From Cytophagaceae bacterium (GTDB lineage: Bacteria; Bacteroidota; Bacteroidia; Cytophagales; Spirosomataceae): a stretch of DNA of 64,000 nt. Shown here one piece after another: positions 18,889 through 27,573 of the stretch. Position numbers and translations under genes: made by a program. The notes beneath the pieces were generated by a model, which was not told where the DNA came from, made no database searches, and worked only from the letters and a program-made list of their open reading frames with translations. The DNA is taken from assembly GCA_031383555.1 (NCBI GenBank), contig JANMZR010000159.1, positions 657 to 64,656 of the forward strand, written 5' to 3'. Position 1 is the stretch's first letter, and each line of letters starts with the position of its first letter.

Positions 18889-19614
18889 TTATTTTGTCAG
18901 TTTTGTGGCATCATTAAGTCTTTGTGCAACGTTATCCCAATTGATAATGTTGAAAATTGCATCCACAAAATCTGCACGTTTGTTTTTATACTTCAAATAA
19001 TAAGAGTGTTCCCATACGTCAATTACCAGCAACGGAATACAGCCCCATTGTGTTAATTTTTCATGATTTTCACATTGTAATATTATCAAACTGTCGCTGT
19101 AAGGTTGATAGGCTAAAATTCCCCAACCGTTTCCATCTAAATTTTTAGAAGTTTCAGTAATAAGGGCTTTCAATTTAGAAAAACTGCCAAAATTTTTGTC
19201 AATTCTAGTTAAAAGTTCACCAGTTGGCTGAGTGATTTTGTTTGTTAAATTAGTCCAAAAAATTGTGTGTAAAATATGTGAAGATGTGTGGAAAGAAAGT
19301 TTTTTAGTCCAAAAGTCGACCGTTTCTAAATTGTTAATGTCAAGTGCATTTTTTATCATTGCAAGATCCTTATTTGCTCCTTTTACTGCACCTCCGTGAT
19401 GGAAAGTATAATGCAAATGCAAAGTTTCGGTATCCATAAATGGTTCTAAAAAATTTTCGGAATAGGGTAAAGGCTGATGAATAAAATTGCCATTCGCATC
19501 AACTAATTTGTCGATGTTATTATTTATCAAGTTTTGACTAAATGCATTGATTGAGCCAATTAAAGATGCAGCTCCTATTATGGCCCCTTTTGTTAGAAAT
19601 TCTTTTCTTTCCAT
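18889..19614 (-). CDS. Fe/Mn superoxide dismutase with N-terminal export (Tat-like) leader
   Basis: 'LHLHYTFHHGGAVKG', 'SSHILHTIFWTNL' and 'DVWEHSYYLKYKNKRADFV' carry the four metal ligands (H, H, D, H). About 26 aa of leader, 'MERKEFLTKGAIIGAASLIGSINAFSQ', precede the SOD fold. Confidence 0.85.
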   Translation of the reverse strand: MERKEFLTKGAIIGAASLIGSINAFSQNLINNNIDKLVDANGNFIHQPLPYSENFLEPFMDTETLHLHYTFHHGGAVKGANKDLAMIKNALDINNLETVDFWTKKLSFHTSSHILHTIFWTNLTNKITQPTGELLTRIDKNFGSFSKLKALITETSKNLDGNGWGILAYQPYSDSLIILQCENHEKLTQWGCIPLLVIDVWEHSYYLKYKNKRADFVDAIFNIINWDNVAQRLNDATKLTK

Positions 19615-19640
19615 TTAGTTTTTTTGATAAATATTTTTGT

Positions 19641-20297
19641 TTAAACATTTTTAAACATAATCCCGCAACCTATTGATTTAGTGTTAGTTATAGTTACATT
19701 TTTTCCAATTAAAAGCTCGTTGATTGCCATTTCTACATATTTTTTTGTGGCCGATTCTGCGCTTTGAGAGTTATCGTCAATGGCTCCAGCATACTTTAAG
19801 ATATATTTACCGTTTTCTTTTTTTACTACAAAGGCTGTTGGTGTACGTTTTGCTCCAAATGAATTGGTAACTACCTGGTTTTCATCTTTTAAATAAGGAA
19901 AGGTAAAGCCTTTTTCATAAGCTGAAATTTTATTTTCATCAGGTCCATCTTCACCATTTAATCCAATATTATTTGGATTAATTGCAACCACCGGGTAACC
20001 TAAGGCTTTGTATTTTTTGTCGAGTGCAACAACACGACTTTCATATGCTTTGGCGTATGGGCAATGATTACAAGTGAAAATTATTATTGCTCCATCAGCG
20101 TTTATTCCAGCAAGTGAAACCAAACCACCATCAATATTTTTCAAATTAAAATCTTCAACCGCATCACCAATTTTGTATGTAGGTGTTTGATTTACAGCAG
20201 TTTTCGAATAAACTTTTTTAGAATTTGCCGTAGTTAAAGTTATTGCTCCCAATAATAGAACAATAGTTGAAAAAGCGAGAATTGAGTGTTTTTTCAT
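19641..20297 (-). CDS. Secreted thioredoxin-fold (redoxin/AhpC-TSA family) protein, CNHC active site
   Basis: Signal peptide 'MKKHSILAFSTIVLLLGAITLTTA'. 'IIIFTCNHCPYAKAY' is the thioredoxin-like CXXC region. Confidence 0.75.
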   Translation of the reverse strand: MKKHSILAFSTIVLLLGAITLTTANSKKVYSKTAVNQTPTYKIGDAVEDFNLKNIDGGLVSLAGINADGAIIIFTCNHCPYAKAYESRVVALDKKYKALGYPVVAINPNNIGLNGEDGPDENKISAYEKGFTFPYLKDENQVVTNSFGAKRTPTAFVVKKENGKYILKYAGAIDDNSQSAESATKKYVEMAINELLIGKNVTITNTKSIGCGIMFKNV

Positions 20298-20324
20298 TAT
20301 ATTAAATTTTTATTATTCAATTAT

Positions 20325-20705
20325 TTAAAAAATTTCATTTAAGTATTTATTTATTTCCAATTCGTTAATTGGTTTTTCTATAAACAACTTTTTATTATTT
20401 TTATTATTAACAAACCATGTTGCAGGTATTGTTCCTTCCCATTTTTCTGAAACCTTATTTATGAATTCATTCTGATCGGTATCATTCATTATATATACCT
20501 TAGGTTTTAGGGATTTTTTGGCTAAAAACTTATTAACTTTTTCTATTTCATTTGTAAAATCAAGCGAAACTAAGATTAATTTAACATTTTTATCAGTGTT
20601 TTTCTCGTAAAAACTTTGATAATAGGGCAATTCGGCAATGTAAGGGCCACACCAAGTAGCCCAAAAATTAACAATATATATATTATTTTTATCAGTTTTT
20701 ATCAA
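20325..20705 (-). CDS. TlpA-like thioredoxin-fold protein, N-terminally eroded, active site CGPY instead of CGPC (possible pseudogene)
   Basis: It reads 'NFWATWCGPYIAELP', where the family consensus is WCGPC. The Tyr codon TAC at 20640-20642 is one transition from TGC. There is no signal peptide and only a TTG start. The frame stays open upstream to 20792 without an ATG or GTG. Confidence 0.5.
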   Translation of the reverse strand: MIKTDKNNIYIVNFWATWCGPYIAELPYYQSFYEKNTDKNVKLILVSLDFTNEIEKVNKFLAKKSLKPKVYIMNDTDQNEFINKVSEKWEGTIPATWFVNNKNNKKLFIEKPINELEINKYLNEIF

Positions 20706-20807
20706 ATTTTCTAGGTCTGAATATTTTATTAATTCAGCTTTTGTTGAGAAAAAAGTGAATTTACTGAAAGAAAAAGTACAATTATTGTATATTTAATAGT
20801 CTAAGCA

Positions 20808-21632
20808 TTAGCCTGGTATATTATATTTTGCATTAAAAGCACGAAGTTTAATTTCTGTTAATTTCCGTTTTGTGTCGAGAGGAAAATCGCCCTTCATTAT
20901 CCAGTCATAATAAGACGGTTCGGCTTTTAGGACATCTAAAACTGGTTTATTGGCATGTTTTCCAAAATTAAATACCTCAACTCCACCTTTATAAGTCATT
21001 CGCTGGGCGAAGTCAACTAAATTGGTAGCGGTTAATTTATGAAGCACATCCATATCATTTACAATCGGGCTATATTCTTTTCCATTTTCGTCTAAGGCAA
21101 CTCTTGCTTTATAACGCACTATTTGCGCATCGAGTATTTCCAATGTGGCAATTGTATCTGCCTCGGCAGAATGGGCGCCAACCAAGTCTTTATCACAATA
21201 AAATTTTAAAGCGGCTGATAAATTACGAGGCTCCATCATATGAAATATGCGCTGTGCATCAATCATACGACGATTTTTCACTTCAAATTCAATATCAGCT
21301 CGCAGAAATTCCTCCACTAACATCGGAATATCAAACTTATTGGAGTTAAAACCCGCCAAATCACAGCCTTCTAAAAAAGTTGCCATAGATTTTGCAATGT
21401 TTTTAAAGGTCGGGGCATCGGCAATATCTTCATCATAAATACCATGTATCAGGCTCACTTCCAGCGGAATAGGAATTGTAGGGTTTATCCTTTTGGTTTT
21501 TATTTCAACAGATCCATCAATCATGGCTTTGGCGATTGATATTTCAACGATTCTGTCTTTAACTACATTTACGCCAGTAGTTTCCAAGTCAAAAAAGGCA
21601 AGCGGTTTTTTAAGCTTTAAATTATGTTCCAT
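20808..21632 (-). CDS. DnaQ-like 3'-5' exonuclease (DEDDh) with C-terminal extension
   Basis: ExoI 'FFDLETTG', ExoII 'GFNSNKFDIPML' and ExoIII 'HSAEADT' motifs. Confidence 0.85.
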   Translation of the reverse strand: MEHNLKLKKPLAFFDLETTGVNVVKDRIVEISIAKAMIDGSVEIKTKRINPTIPIPLEVSLIHGIYDEDIADAPTFKNIAKSMATFLEGCDLAGFNSNKFDIPMLVEEFLRADIEFEVKNRRMIDAQRIFHMMEPRNLSAALKFYCDKDLVGAHSAEADTIATLEILDAQIVRYKARVALDENGKEYSPIVNDMDVLHKLTATNLVDFAQRMTYKGGVEVFNFGKHANKPVLDVLKAEPSYYDWIMKGDFPLDTKRKLTEIKLRAFNAKYNIPG

Positions 21633-21870
21633 TCAATTTTTATTTCCTCAAATTTAGGAATTTTATTTATTTTCTTTTCAATTTTGACTGATCCATTAGT
21701 ATAGTTAAAAGAAATAAAACGGTTATTTAAAAAAAATCCCCAATTTTGTTGTTGATTCTAAATCCAATGTGGTTTAATTAGATTCGAGCGAATGACAATC
21801 GTATTCAAGATAAATTAATTTCGAATACAATTAAACTGTATTGAATTGATTCTTTTATGTTAATTAAAAT

Positions 21871-22842
21871 ATGAATTTTGAAAAACTAGCCACGGCTTTA
21901 AAGGAAGAAATATCCAAACAGAAATATGGCCAATCGCCAGCCGAACTTTATGATCCTATTGCTTATATTATGGCATTAGGAGGTAAGCGATTGAGGCCCA
22001 TGCTTACCCTAATTGGCACATCACTTTATTCAAATAACTGGCAAATTGCTTTGAAACCAGCAATGGCGGTGGAGGTTTTCCATAATTTTACCCTGCTTCA
22101 TGACGACATTATGGACAAAGCACCAACCCGAAGAGGAAAGCCTACCGTGCATGAAAAGTGGAACAAAAATGTTGCCATATTATCAGGCGATGTGATGCTT
22201 GTGCGAGCGTATGAATTTTTGTTTGGAGTTGATAGTCAATTTCTTATACCCATATTGAAAGACTTTAGCCAAACGGCAGCCGAGGTTTGCGAGGGCCAGC
22301 AACTGGATATGAATTTCGAGACTTTAAGTGATGTTACTTTGGCCGAATACCTAAATATGATTCGCCTTAAAACCTCAGTGCTGTTAGGCTTTTCGTTGAA
22401 ATTAGGTGCATTATTAGGCGGTGCAAATGAAATTGACTGTGAAAAACTGTATAATATTGGCGTGAATACTGGCATAGGATTTCAGCTAATGGACGATATT
22501 TTAGATGTATATGGTAATCCCGAAAAGTTTGGTAAGCAAGTGGGTGGCGATATAATTTCTAACAAAAAAACCTATTTACTAATTTTAGCAAAAAATCAAG
22601 CAAAAGGTGAAGTTGGAGCGAAATTACAAAACCTGATTTCTGCAGATTCCTTTGATAAAGTTGAAAAAGTACAAGAAGTAACTTCTATTTATAACAGCTT
22701 GGATATCAAAGGACAAGTTGAAATTACAATGAATAGCTATTTCCAAAAATGTTTTGATGAAATAGAAACGCTATCTTTGCCAACTGATAAAAAGGAAGTT
22801 TTAACCAATTTTTTCAAAGAATTAACTCAAAGAGAATCGTAA
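21871..22842 (+). CDS. Polyprenyl diphosphate synthase (trans-isoprenyl diphosphate synthase family)
   Basis: First Asp-rich motif 'LLHDDIMD' and second 'FQLMDDILD', plus 'GGKRLRP'. Confidence 0.9.
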   Translation: MNFEKLATALKEEISKQKYGQSPAELYDPIAYIMALGGKRLRPMLTLIGTSLYSNNWQIALKPAMAVEVFHNFTLLHDDIMDKAPTRRGKPTVHEKWNKNVAILSGDVMLVRAYEFLFGVDSQFLIPILKDFSQTAAEVCEGQQLDMNFETLSDVTLAEYLNMIRLKTSVLLGFSLKLGALLGGANEIDCEKLYNIGVNTGIGFQLMDDILDVYGNPEKFGKQVGGDIISNKKTYLLILAKNQAKGEVGAKLQNLISADSFDKVEKVQEVTSIYNSLDIKGQVEITMNSYFQKCFDEIETLSLPTDKKEVLTNFFKELTQRES

Positions 22843-22869
22843 CAATTCAAATTCCAACAAAATTATAAT

Positions 22870-23499
22870 ATGATATTTAACATCACCACTATTCTAATAA
22901 TTGCGAATGTAGCGGCCAGTTTTTATGCTTGGAACAATGCTTCGGTTATGTCCAAATGGCTTATGAATGCTTATTCAATTAATCGCAAAAATGAATATTT
23001 TAGATTTATTAGTTCTGGCTTTATTCATGCCGATTATATGCATTTGTTTTTTAATATGTTTGGTCTCTATGGCTTTGGTGCTTATTTGGAGGCTGCTTAC
23101 AAGATGCAATATGGCCAACAAACCGGTGGAATTTACTTTCTATTGCTATATATTTTGGGAATTATAGCTTCCGAGTTGCCTAGCTATTTTAAAAATAAAG
23201 ATAACCCCAATTATAACTCACTTGGTGCATCTGGAGGTGTTTCGGCCATAATTTTTGCCTGCATTTTGCTTAATCCTTGGCTTTCAATGAGTATTTATTT
23301 TATTCCAATAAAAGGTATATTTTTCGCCATACTATATACTTGGTATTCAATGTACATGAACAATAAAAGTTATGACAATATAAACCATAGCGCCCATCTT
23401 TATGGCGGATTGTTTGGAGCTGTGTTTATGATTATTACTTATCCCGATGCTTTATCTGGTTTTATATCACAAATAATAAACTGGAAGGAATATATGTAA
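22870..23499 (+). CDS. Rhomboid family intramembrane serine protease
   Basis: Six hydrophobic segments, 'HADYMHLFFNM', the catalytic 'GASGGVSA' and a distal 'HSAHLYG' His. Confidence 0.8.
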   Translation: MIFNITTILIIANVAASFYAWNNASVMSKWLMNAYSINRKNEYFRFISSGFIHADYMHLFFNMFGLYGFGAYLEAAYKMQYGQQTGGIYFLLLYILGIIASELPSYFKNKDNPNYNSLGASGGVSAIIFACILLNPWLSMSIYFIPIKGIFFAILYTWYSMYMNNKSYDNINHSAHLYGGLFGAVFMIITYPDALSGFISQIINWKEYM

Positions 23500-23529
23500 T
23501 TTCTCAAACCATCATTTAAAACAACCTTC

Positions 23530-23537
23530 TACATTTG
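23530..23537 (+). promoter_or_regulatory. -7 box (TACATTTG) upstream of lemA
   Basis: A TAnnTTTG match 110 nt upstream of the ATG at 23648. Confidence 0.3.
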
Positions 23538-23647
23538 TTTATTACCACAATTAAATGTTTTAACTTGATAAACCCGAGCAAATTATTAATTTTAACAATA
23601 GAATTTATCAGAATTACAATTTTTAACAAAACTTAAATTAAAAAATT

Positions 23648-24238
23648 ATGTCAAGAGGATTAATCATCGCCTTAGTTGTAGCCGCATTACTTATATTTTG
23701 GGGTATTGGTGTCAACAACAACCTAGCTATAAAAACCCAAAGTGTAAAAGCACAATGGGGGGATATACAGAGCTCTTATCAACGGAGGACCGACCTAATC
23801 GGCAACCTGGTAAATACTGTAAAAGGAGTTGCTAATTTTGAAAAAAGCACTTTAACCGATGTTATTGCTGCTCGTGCATCGGCTACTCAAATGAAATTGG
23901 ATGCCAATGATCTTTCACCGGAAAACATGGCCAAATACCAAGCAGCCCAGTCGGGCTTAAGTGGTGCACTGGGTCGTTTGATGGTGGTTTCAGAGCAGTA
24001 TCCTCAATTGAAAGCAACAGCCAATTTTTCGGAATTGCAAGCACAAATAGAAGGTACTGAAAACAGAATAAATGTTGAGCGAAACAAGTTTAACGATACT
24101 GTAAAAGATTATAACGGCGATCTGGTTAGGTTTCCAGCTAGTTTTATTGCAAAATTGTTAGGCTATAATGAGAAGGGTTATTTTGAAGCAGCAGCAGGTT
24201 CTGATAAAGCCCCAGTTGTTGACTTCGGAACAAAGTAA
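23648..24238 (+). CDS. lemA: LemA family protein
   Basis: N-terminal TM helix then 'YNNL......V...W.DI...YQRR.DLI.NLV..V' and 'NF.ELQ.QIEGTENRI...R..FN..V..YN', the canonical LemA pattern. Confidence 0.9.
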   Translation: MSRGLIIALVVAALLIFWGIGVNNNLAIKTQSVKAQWGDIQSSYQRRTDLIGNLVNTVKGVANFEKSTLTDVIAARASATQMKLDANDLSPENMAKYQAAQSGLSGALGRLMVVSEQYPQLKATANFSELQAQIEGTENRINVERNKFNDTVKDYNGDLVRFPASFIAKLLGYNEKGYFEAAAGSDKAPVVDFGTK

Positions 24239-24250
24239 ATCTATAAATTT

Positions 24251-24287
24251 AGGTTGGGTTTTTAAATAGCCCAACCTAGTTTTTTAT
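24251..24287 (+). terminator. Rho-independent terminator between lemA and the first TPM gene
   Basis: The stem aggttggg/cccaacct has an 11-nt loop and is followed by agttttttatt. Confidence 0.7.
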
Positions 24288-24314
24288 TCCCAGTCTTTAT
24301 AATTTATACCAAAA

Positions 24315-24743
24315 ATGTTTTTTACCGAAGACGAACAAAAAAAGATAGTTGCGGCAATAAAAGAGGCCGAACAAAGCACTTCTGGTGAAATAAAAGTGCA
24401 TATCGACAATACATCACAGTGGGAAGATGTACTAACTAAAGCTTCGAAAGTCTTTGATAAATTAGAACTTGAGAAAACCAAACAACGCAATTGTGTTTTA
24501 ATTTATATCGCAAAAGAAGACCGCCAATTTGCTATTTGGGCTGATAAAGGTATAAATAATGTGGTTCCAGAAGGCTATTGGGAAAGTACTATTGACCTTA
24601 TGCGAAGTTATATGAAAGTAGGCCAATATGCGGAAGGGGTAATAAAGGCCATCAATATGATAGGTGTTAAATTAAAAATATATTTTCCCTTAGAAAAAAA
24701 TGATAAAAATGAGCTTTCAGATGACATTTCATTTGAGCATTAG
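24315..24743 (+). CDS. TPM-domain protein (TLP18.3/Psb32/MOLO-1 phosphatase-like fold)
   Basis: 'FTEDEQKKIVAAIKEAEQSTSGEIKVHI' and 'NCVLIYIAKEDRQFAIWADKGI' are typical TPM/DUF477 patterns. It sits in the conserved position after lemA. Confidence 0.75.
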   Translation: MFFTEDEQKKIVAAIKEAEQSTSGEIKVHIDNTSQWEDVLTKASKVFDKLELEKTKQRNCVLIYIAKEDRQFAIWADKGINNVVPEGYWESTIDLMRSYMKVGQYAEGVIKAINMIGVKLKIYFPLEKNDKNELSDDISFEH

Positions 24744-24822
24744 TTTTTCATTAAATCAACAATAATTTTGTCTGGCAAAAAACGGCGAATTTCAAAAAAT
24801 AGAGTATTTGGCAATTCCAAAA

Positions 24823-25605
24823 ATGTTTAAAAAAATCAAAAATTTCATTCTCGTTTTGCTTCTATTTTCAAGTCAAATTATTTTAGGGCAAAATAGTGAT
24901 TTTCCGGAAAAACCTAATCCACCACGATTGGTGACTGATTTTACAATGACACTCAGTCAAGAAGAAACCAGTGCACTTGAGCAAAAGCTTCGAAATTATA
25001 ACGATACAACCTCAAGCCAAATAGCTATTGTGGTGGTGAAAAGTATTGGCGATTATGAAATAAACCAATATGCTACTGAACTGGCGATGAAATGGGGAAT
25101 TGGCCAAAAAGGAAAAAACAATGGAATATTGATATTATGGGCTACCGCAAACCGTAAAATTTATATAGCAACAGGATACGGCATGGAAGAAAAAGTGCCT
25201 GATATTATCGCCAAACGTATTGTAAATGAGCTCATTATACCCAACTTCAAACTAGGCCAATATTACCAAGGGCTCAATGTAGCTACCGACGAAATAATTG
25301 CCCGAATGAGTGGCCAATTTAAAGGTGATGATAAACAAGGTGATGGCGAATTTCCATTTGTTTTTTTCATAATACTTCTATTTGTGTTATTGATATTCAT
25401 GTACATCGCACGTAAAAATGGAGGCCGAGGCAATAGATTTAATGACAGAAATCGTGGTGGAGGCTTTATGGGTGGCGGGATGCCATGGATTATTACAAAT
25501 TCAGGTGGCTCAAGCTGGGGTGGGGGTGGGGGCGACTCAGGTGGCGGCTTCGGCGGTTTTGGTGGTGGCGACTTCGGTGGTGGTGGCGCTGGAGGGGATT
25601 ATTAA
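24823..25605 (+). CDS. TPM-domain membrane protein (YgcG-like) with Gly-rich C-terminal tail
   Basis: Signal peptide, then 'V.DFT.TLS.EE...LE.KL......TS.QIAIVVV.S', a C-terminal TM helix, and a 'GGGGGDSGGGFGGFGGGDFGGGGAGGDY' tail. I prefer the ATG at 24823. Confidence 0.8.
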   Translation: MFKKIKNFILVLLLFSSQIILGQNSDFPEKPNPPRLVTDFTMTLSQEETSALEQKLRNYNDTTSSQIAIVVVKSIGDYEINQYATELAMKWGIGQKGKNNGILILWATANRKIYIATGYGMEEKVPDIIAKRIVNELIIPNFKLGQYYQGLNVATDEIIARMSGQFKGDDKQGDGEFPFVFFIILLFVLLIFMYIARKNGGRGNRFNDRNRGGGFMGGGMPWIITNSGGSSWGGGGGDSGGGFGGFGGGDFGGGGAGGDY

Positions 25606-25681
25606 AAAAATAGATAAGAATAATTATTTGTTTAAAAACTAAAAAAGATGAGAATATAAACCCCATTTTTTTTTATAGAAA

Positions 25682-26872
25682 TCAATATAAAAAACCAAAA
25701 AGCCAAAGTGGAATTTTATTTCCTCTTCCTACCTGCACATCGTCAATTGCTAAAAAGCTGTCTTTTACATCAGCAATTTGGGTGAAACTTTTTTGAGCAC
25801 CACCAATTTCAAACAGATATTTATTTTCAACCGAAAAGTCCCCTTTTTTAACATAATTTACAGCATACTTAGCCGATAGTTGATTAATAAAATAAAGCTC
25901 ACGCAAAGTACCTTTATTGACTGTATCGCCAGAAACGGCATAAATAAGATTCGTATTTTGCAAATATATTTTTTCAGGTTTCGATAAGGTGCTATAGCTT
26001 TTGCCTGAGTCGGTTAGCAAATATAATAGCTTCGATTCAGCCAAGTAATAAAGATAATTATTGAGTGTATTTCTATTCAATTCCAAACTTTCGGCAAGTT
26101 TCGAAATATTGGGTTGAAAAGGTAATTGTGTAGCTAAAATATATAGTAACTTCTTCATTTTGAATATATTATGAACATTTATTTCCAATATATACGGCAA
26201 GTCAACTTCCAAAGAAGTATTTACTACATTCTCCAATTTCATGTTAAAATCCCTTTTATCCTCAAGATAAAAAGGGTAGTAACCATGCTTTAAATATTGG
26301 TCAAAATATTTAAATATGTTTATTTTTTCAACTATGCCTTCAGCTATTTGTATATGGTTTTTTAATAATTCAGACAAAGGAATTGTATCAAACCTAAGCC
26401 CTGCTTCCAACTCTAAAAACTCTCGAAATGATAGCCCTTCCAATGTATAAGACACTGCCCTGCGGCTCAGATCGGCAAAAGATTTGTATATTTGAAGAAT
26501 CGACGAGCCAGAAAAAACCAGATTCAGGTCTGGATATAAGTCATGAATTGTCTTAATTTCTCTGCTCCAATCAGAATATTTATGTATTTCGTCGATAAAA
26601 AGATGAGTACCACCTCTATTTACATGGTATTCTGCTATTTCAAAAATAGAAAACGGCTTGGCTATTAGGCTATCCATGGACACATATAACGCCTCCTTTT
26701 CTGTTAAATTCCTCTTAATATACTGTAAAAGAAGGGTGGTTTTACCTACCCCTTTTGCTCCTTTAATGGCTATTAGCTTTCCCTCCCAATTGATATCGGC
26801 CATTAGATATCTTGTGAATGCAGTCTTAGTTTTTTTCAGATAACTGATATGCAAGTCATATAATTTTTCCAT
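25682..26872 (-). CDS. AAA+ ATPase with DUF4143-type C-terminal domain (COG1373-like), orphan
   Basis: Walker A 'GAKGVGKTTLL' and Walker B 'HLFIDEIH'. The overall 396-aa architecture is typical of the AAA_14 + DUF4143 family. Confidence 0.85.
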   Translation of the reverse strand: MEKLYDLHISYLKKTKTAFTRYLMADINWEGKLIAIKGAKGVGKTTLLLQYIKRNLTEKEALYVSMDSLIAKPFSIFEIAEYHVNRGGTHLFIDEIHKYSDWSREIKTIHDLYPDLNLVFSGSSILQIYKSFADLSRRAVSYTLEGLSFREFLELEAGLRFDTIPLSELLKNHIQIAEGIVEKINIFKYFDQYLKHGYYPFYLEDKRDFNMKLENVVNTSLEVDLPYILEINVHNIFKMKKLLYILATQLPFQPNISKLAESLELNRNTLNNYLYYLAESKLLYLLTDSGKSYSTLSKPEKIYLQNTNLIYAVSGDTVNKGTLRELYFINQLSAKYAVNYVKKGDFSVENKYLFEIGGAQKSFTQIADVKDSFLAIDDVQVGRGNKIPLWLFGFLY

Positions 26873-27018
26873 ATTTTGCTTATTAATAAGGGCAAATATA
26901 CTAATATATGTTTAATAATATAATCATATATTATATATTATGCTTACTAAAATAAGCATAATTTATATTTAACAAATTGTAAATCAATATATTAATAAAT
27001 TATTAAAATAAATATATA

Positions 27019-27573
27019 TTATTTTTTATTTCTCCGAATTAGAATTGGGTTGTACCATAACCAGAAACCTGTAAATGAAAGCAGAATTAGGCCTAAAGAT
27101 GTGAAGGTGGTATAAATAAGCTTGAAAGTATCATTCTCATTTTTGAAAAAATAATCTACTATTGAGCCATCGTGTATTTTCTCGATAAAGTCTGATTTTC
27201 TGGTATTTACGGCTAATATCTCACCTGTTTTAATGTCTATTTGAAGCTCTGTAAAATGGCTTGAGAACACAATTTTGGCAATACCTTTTTTGGGCCTGAT
27301 GTCTATGCGGTCAATTTCATCTGATAACTTTAAGGTTTGTTTTGCATAGAATTTTGCAATTGTTTGCAGGCTATCGATTTTAATAAAGGGTCTACTGCTC
27401 TGGGAAGTACTATTTTCAGTTTTGGGTAAAAGTTCAGTTTGTTTTTTCCAACCAAGCAGCAAGCCAGTAATACCAACTAATAGCATAAAAACAGATAATG
27501 GTATGGCTATCCACTTATGTATTTTCCGATAAAACCTTGTTGCACTTGATATTTTAGATGTTCCTGATCTCAT
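27019..27573 (-). CDS. PepSY-associated TM-helix type small membrane protein
   Basis: N-terminal 'RKIHKWIAIPLSVFMLLVGITGLLLGW' and a C-terminal TM helix 'LGLILLSFTGFWLW' flank a soluble PepSY-like core. Confidence 0.6.
   Translation of the reverse strand: MRSGTSKISSATRFYRKIHKWIAIPLSVFMLLVGITGLLLGWKKQTELLPKTENSTSQSSRPFIKIDSLQTIAKFYAKQTLKLSDEIDRIDIRPKKGIAKIVFSSHFTELQIDIKTGEILAVNTRKSDFIEKIHDGSIVDYFFKNENDTFKLIYTTFTSLGLILLSFTGFWLWYNPILIRRNKK

Noticed and set aside
21801-21843. gtattc / gaatac / gtattg short repeats upstream of the polyprenyl synthase gene.
   Set aside because: The arms are only 6 bp in very AT-rich DNA. This is within chance expectation and I cannot assess conservation.
25514-25532. 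G-runs (ggggtgggggtggggg) considered as a potential G-quadruplex. A similar tract occurs at 60937-60975.
   Set aside because: Each locus has only three runs of at least 3 G, so neither is a canonical four-tract G4. Glycine codons in the Gly-rich protein segments fully explain them.
25418-25642. 74-aa alternative-frame ORF overlapping the 3' end of the TPM gene.
   Set aside because: It results from the GGN-rich repeat being open in a second frame (…VAQAGVGVGATQVAAS…). The Gly-rich frame is continuous with the TPM protein.
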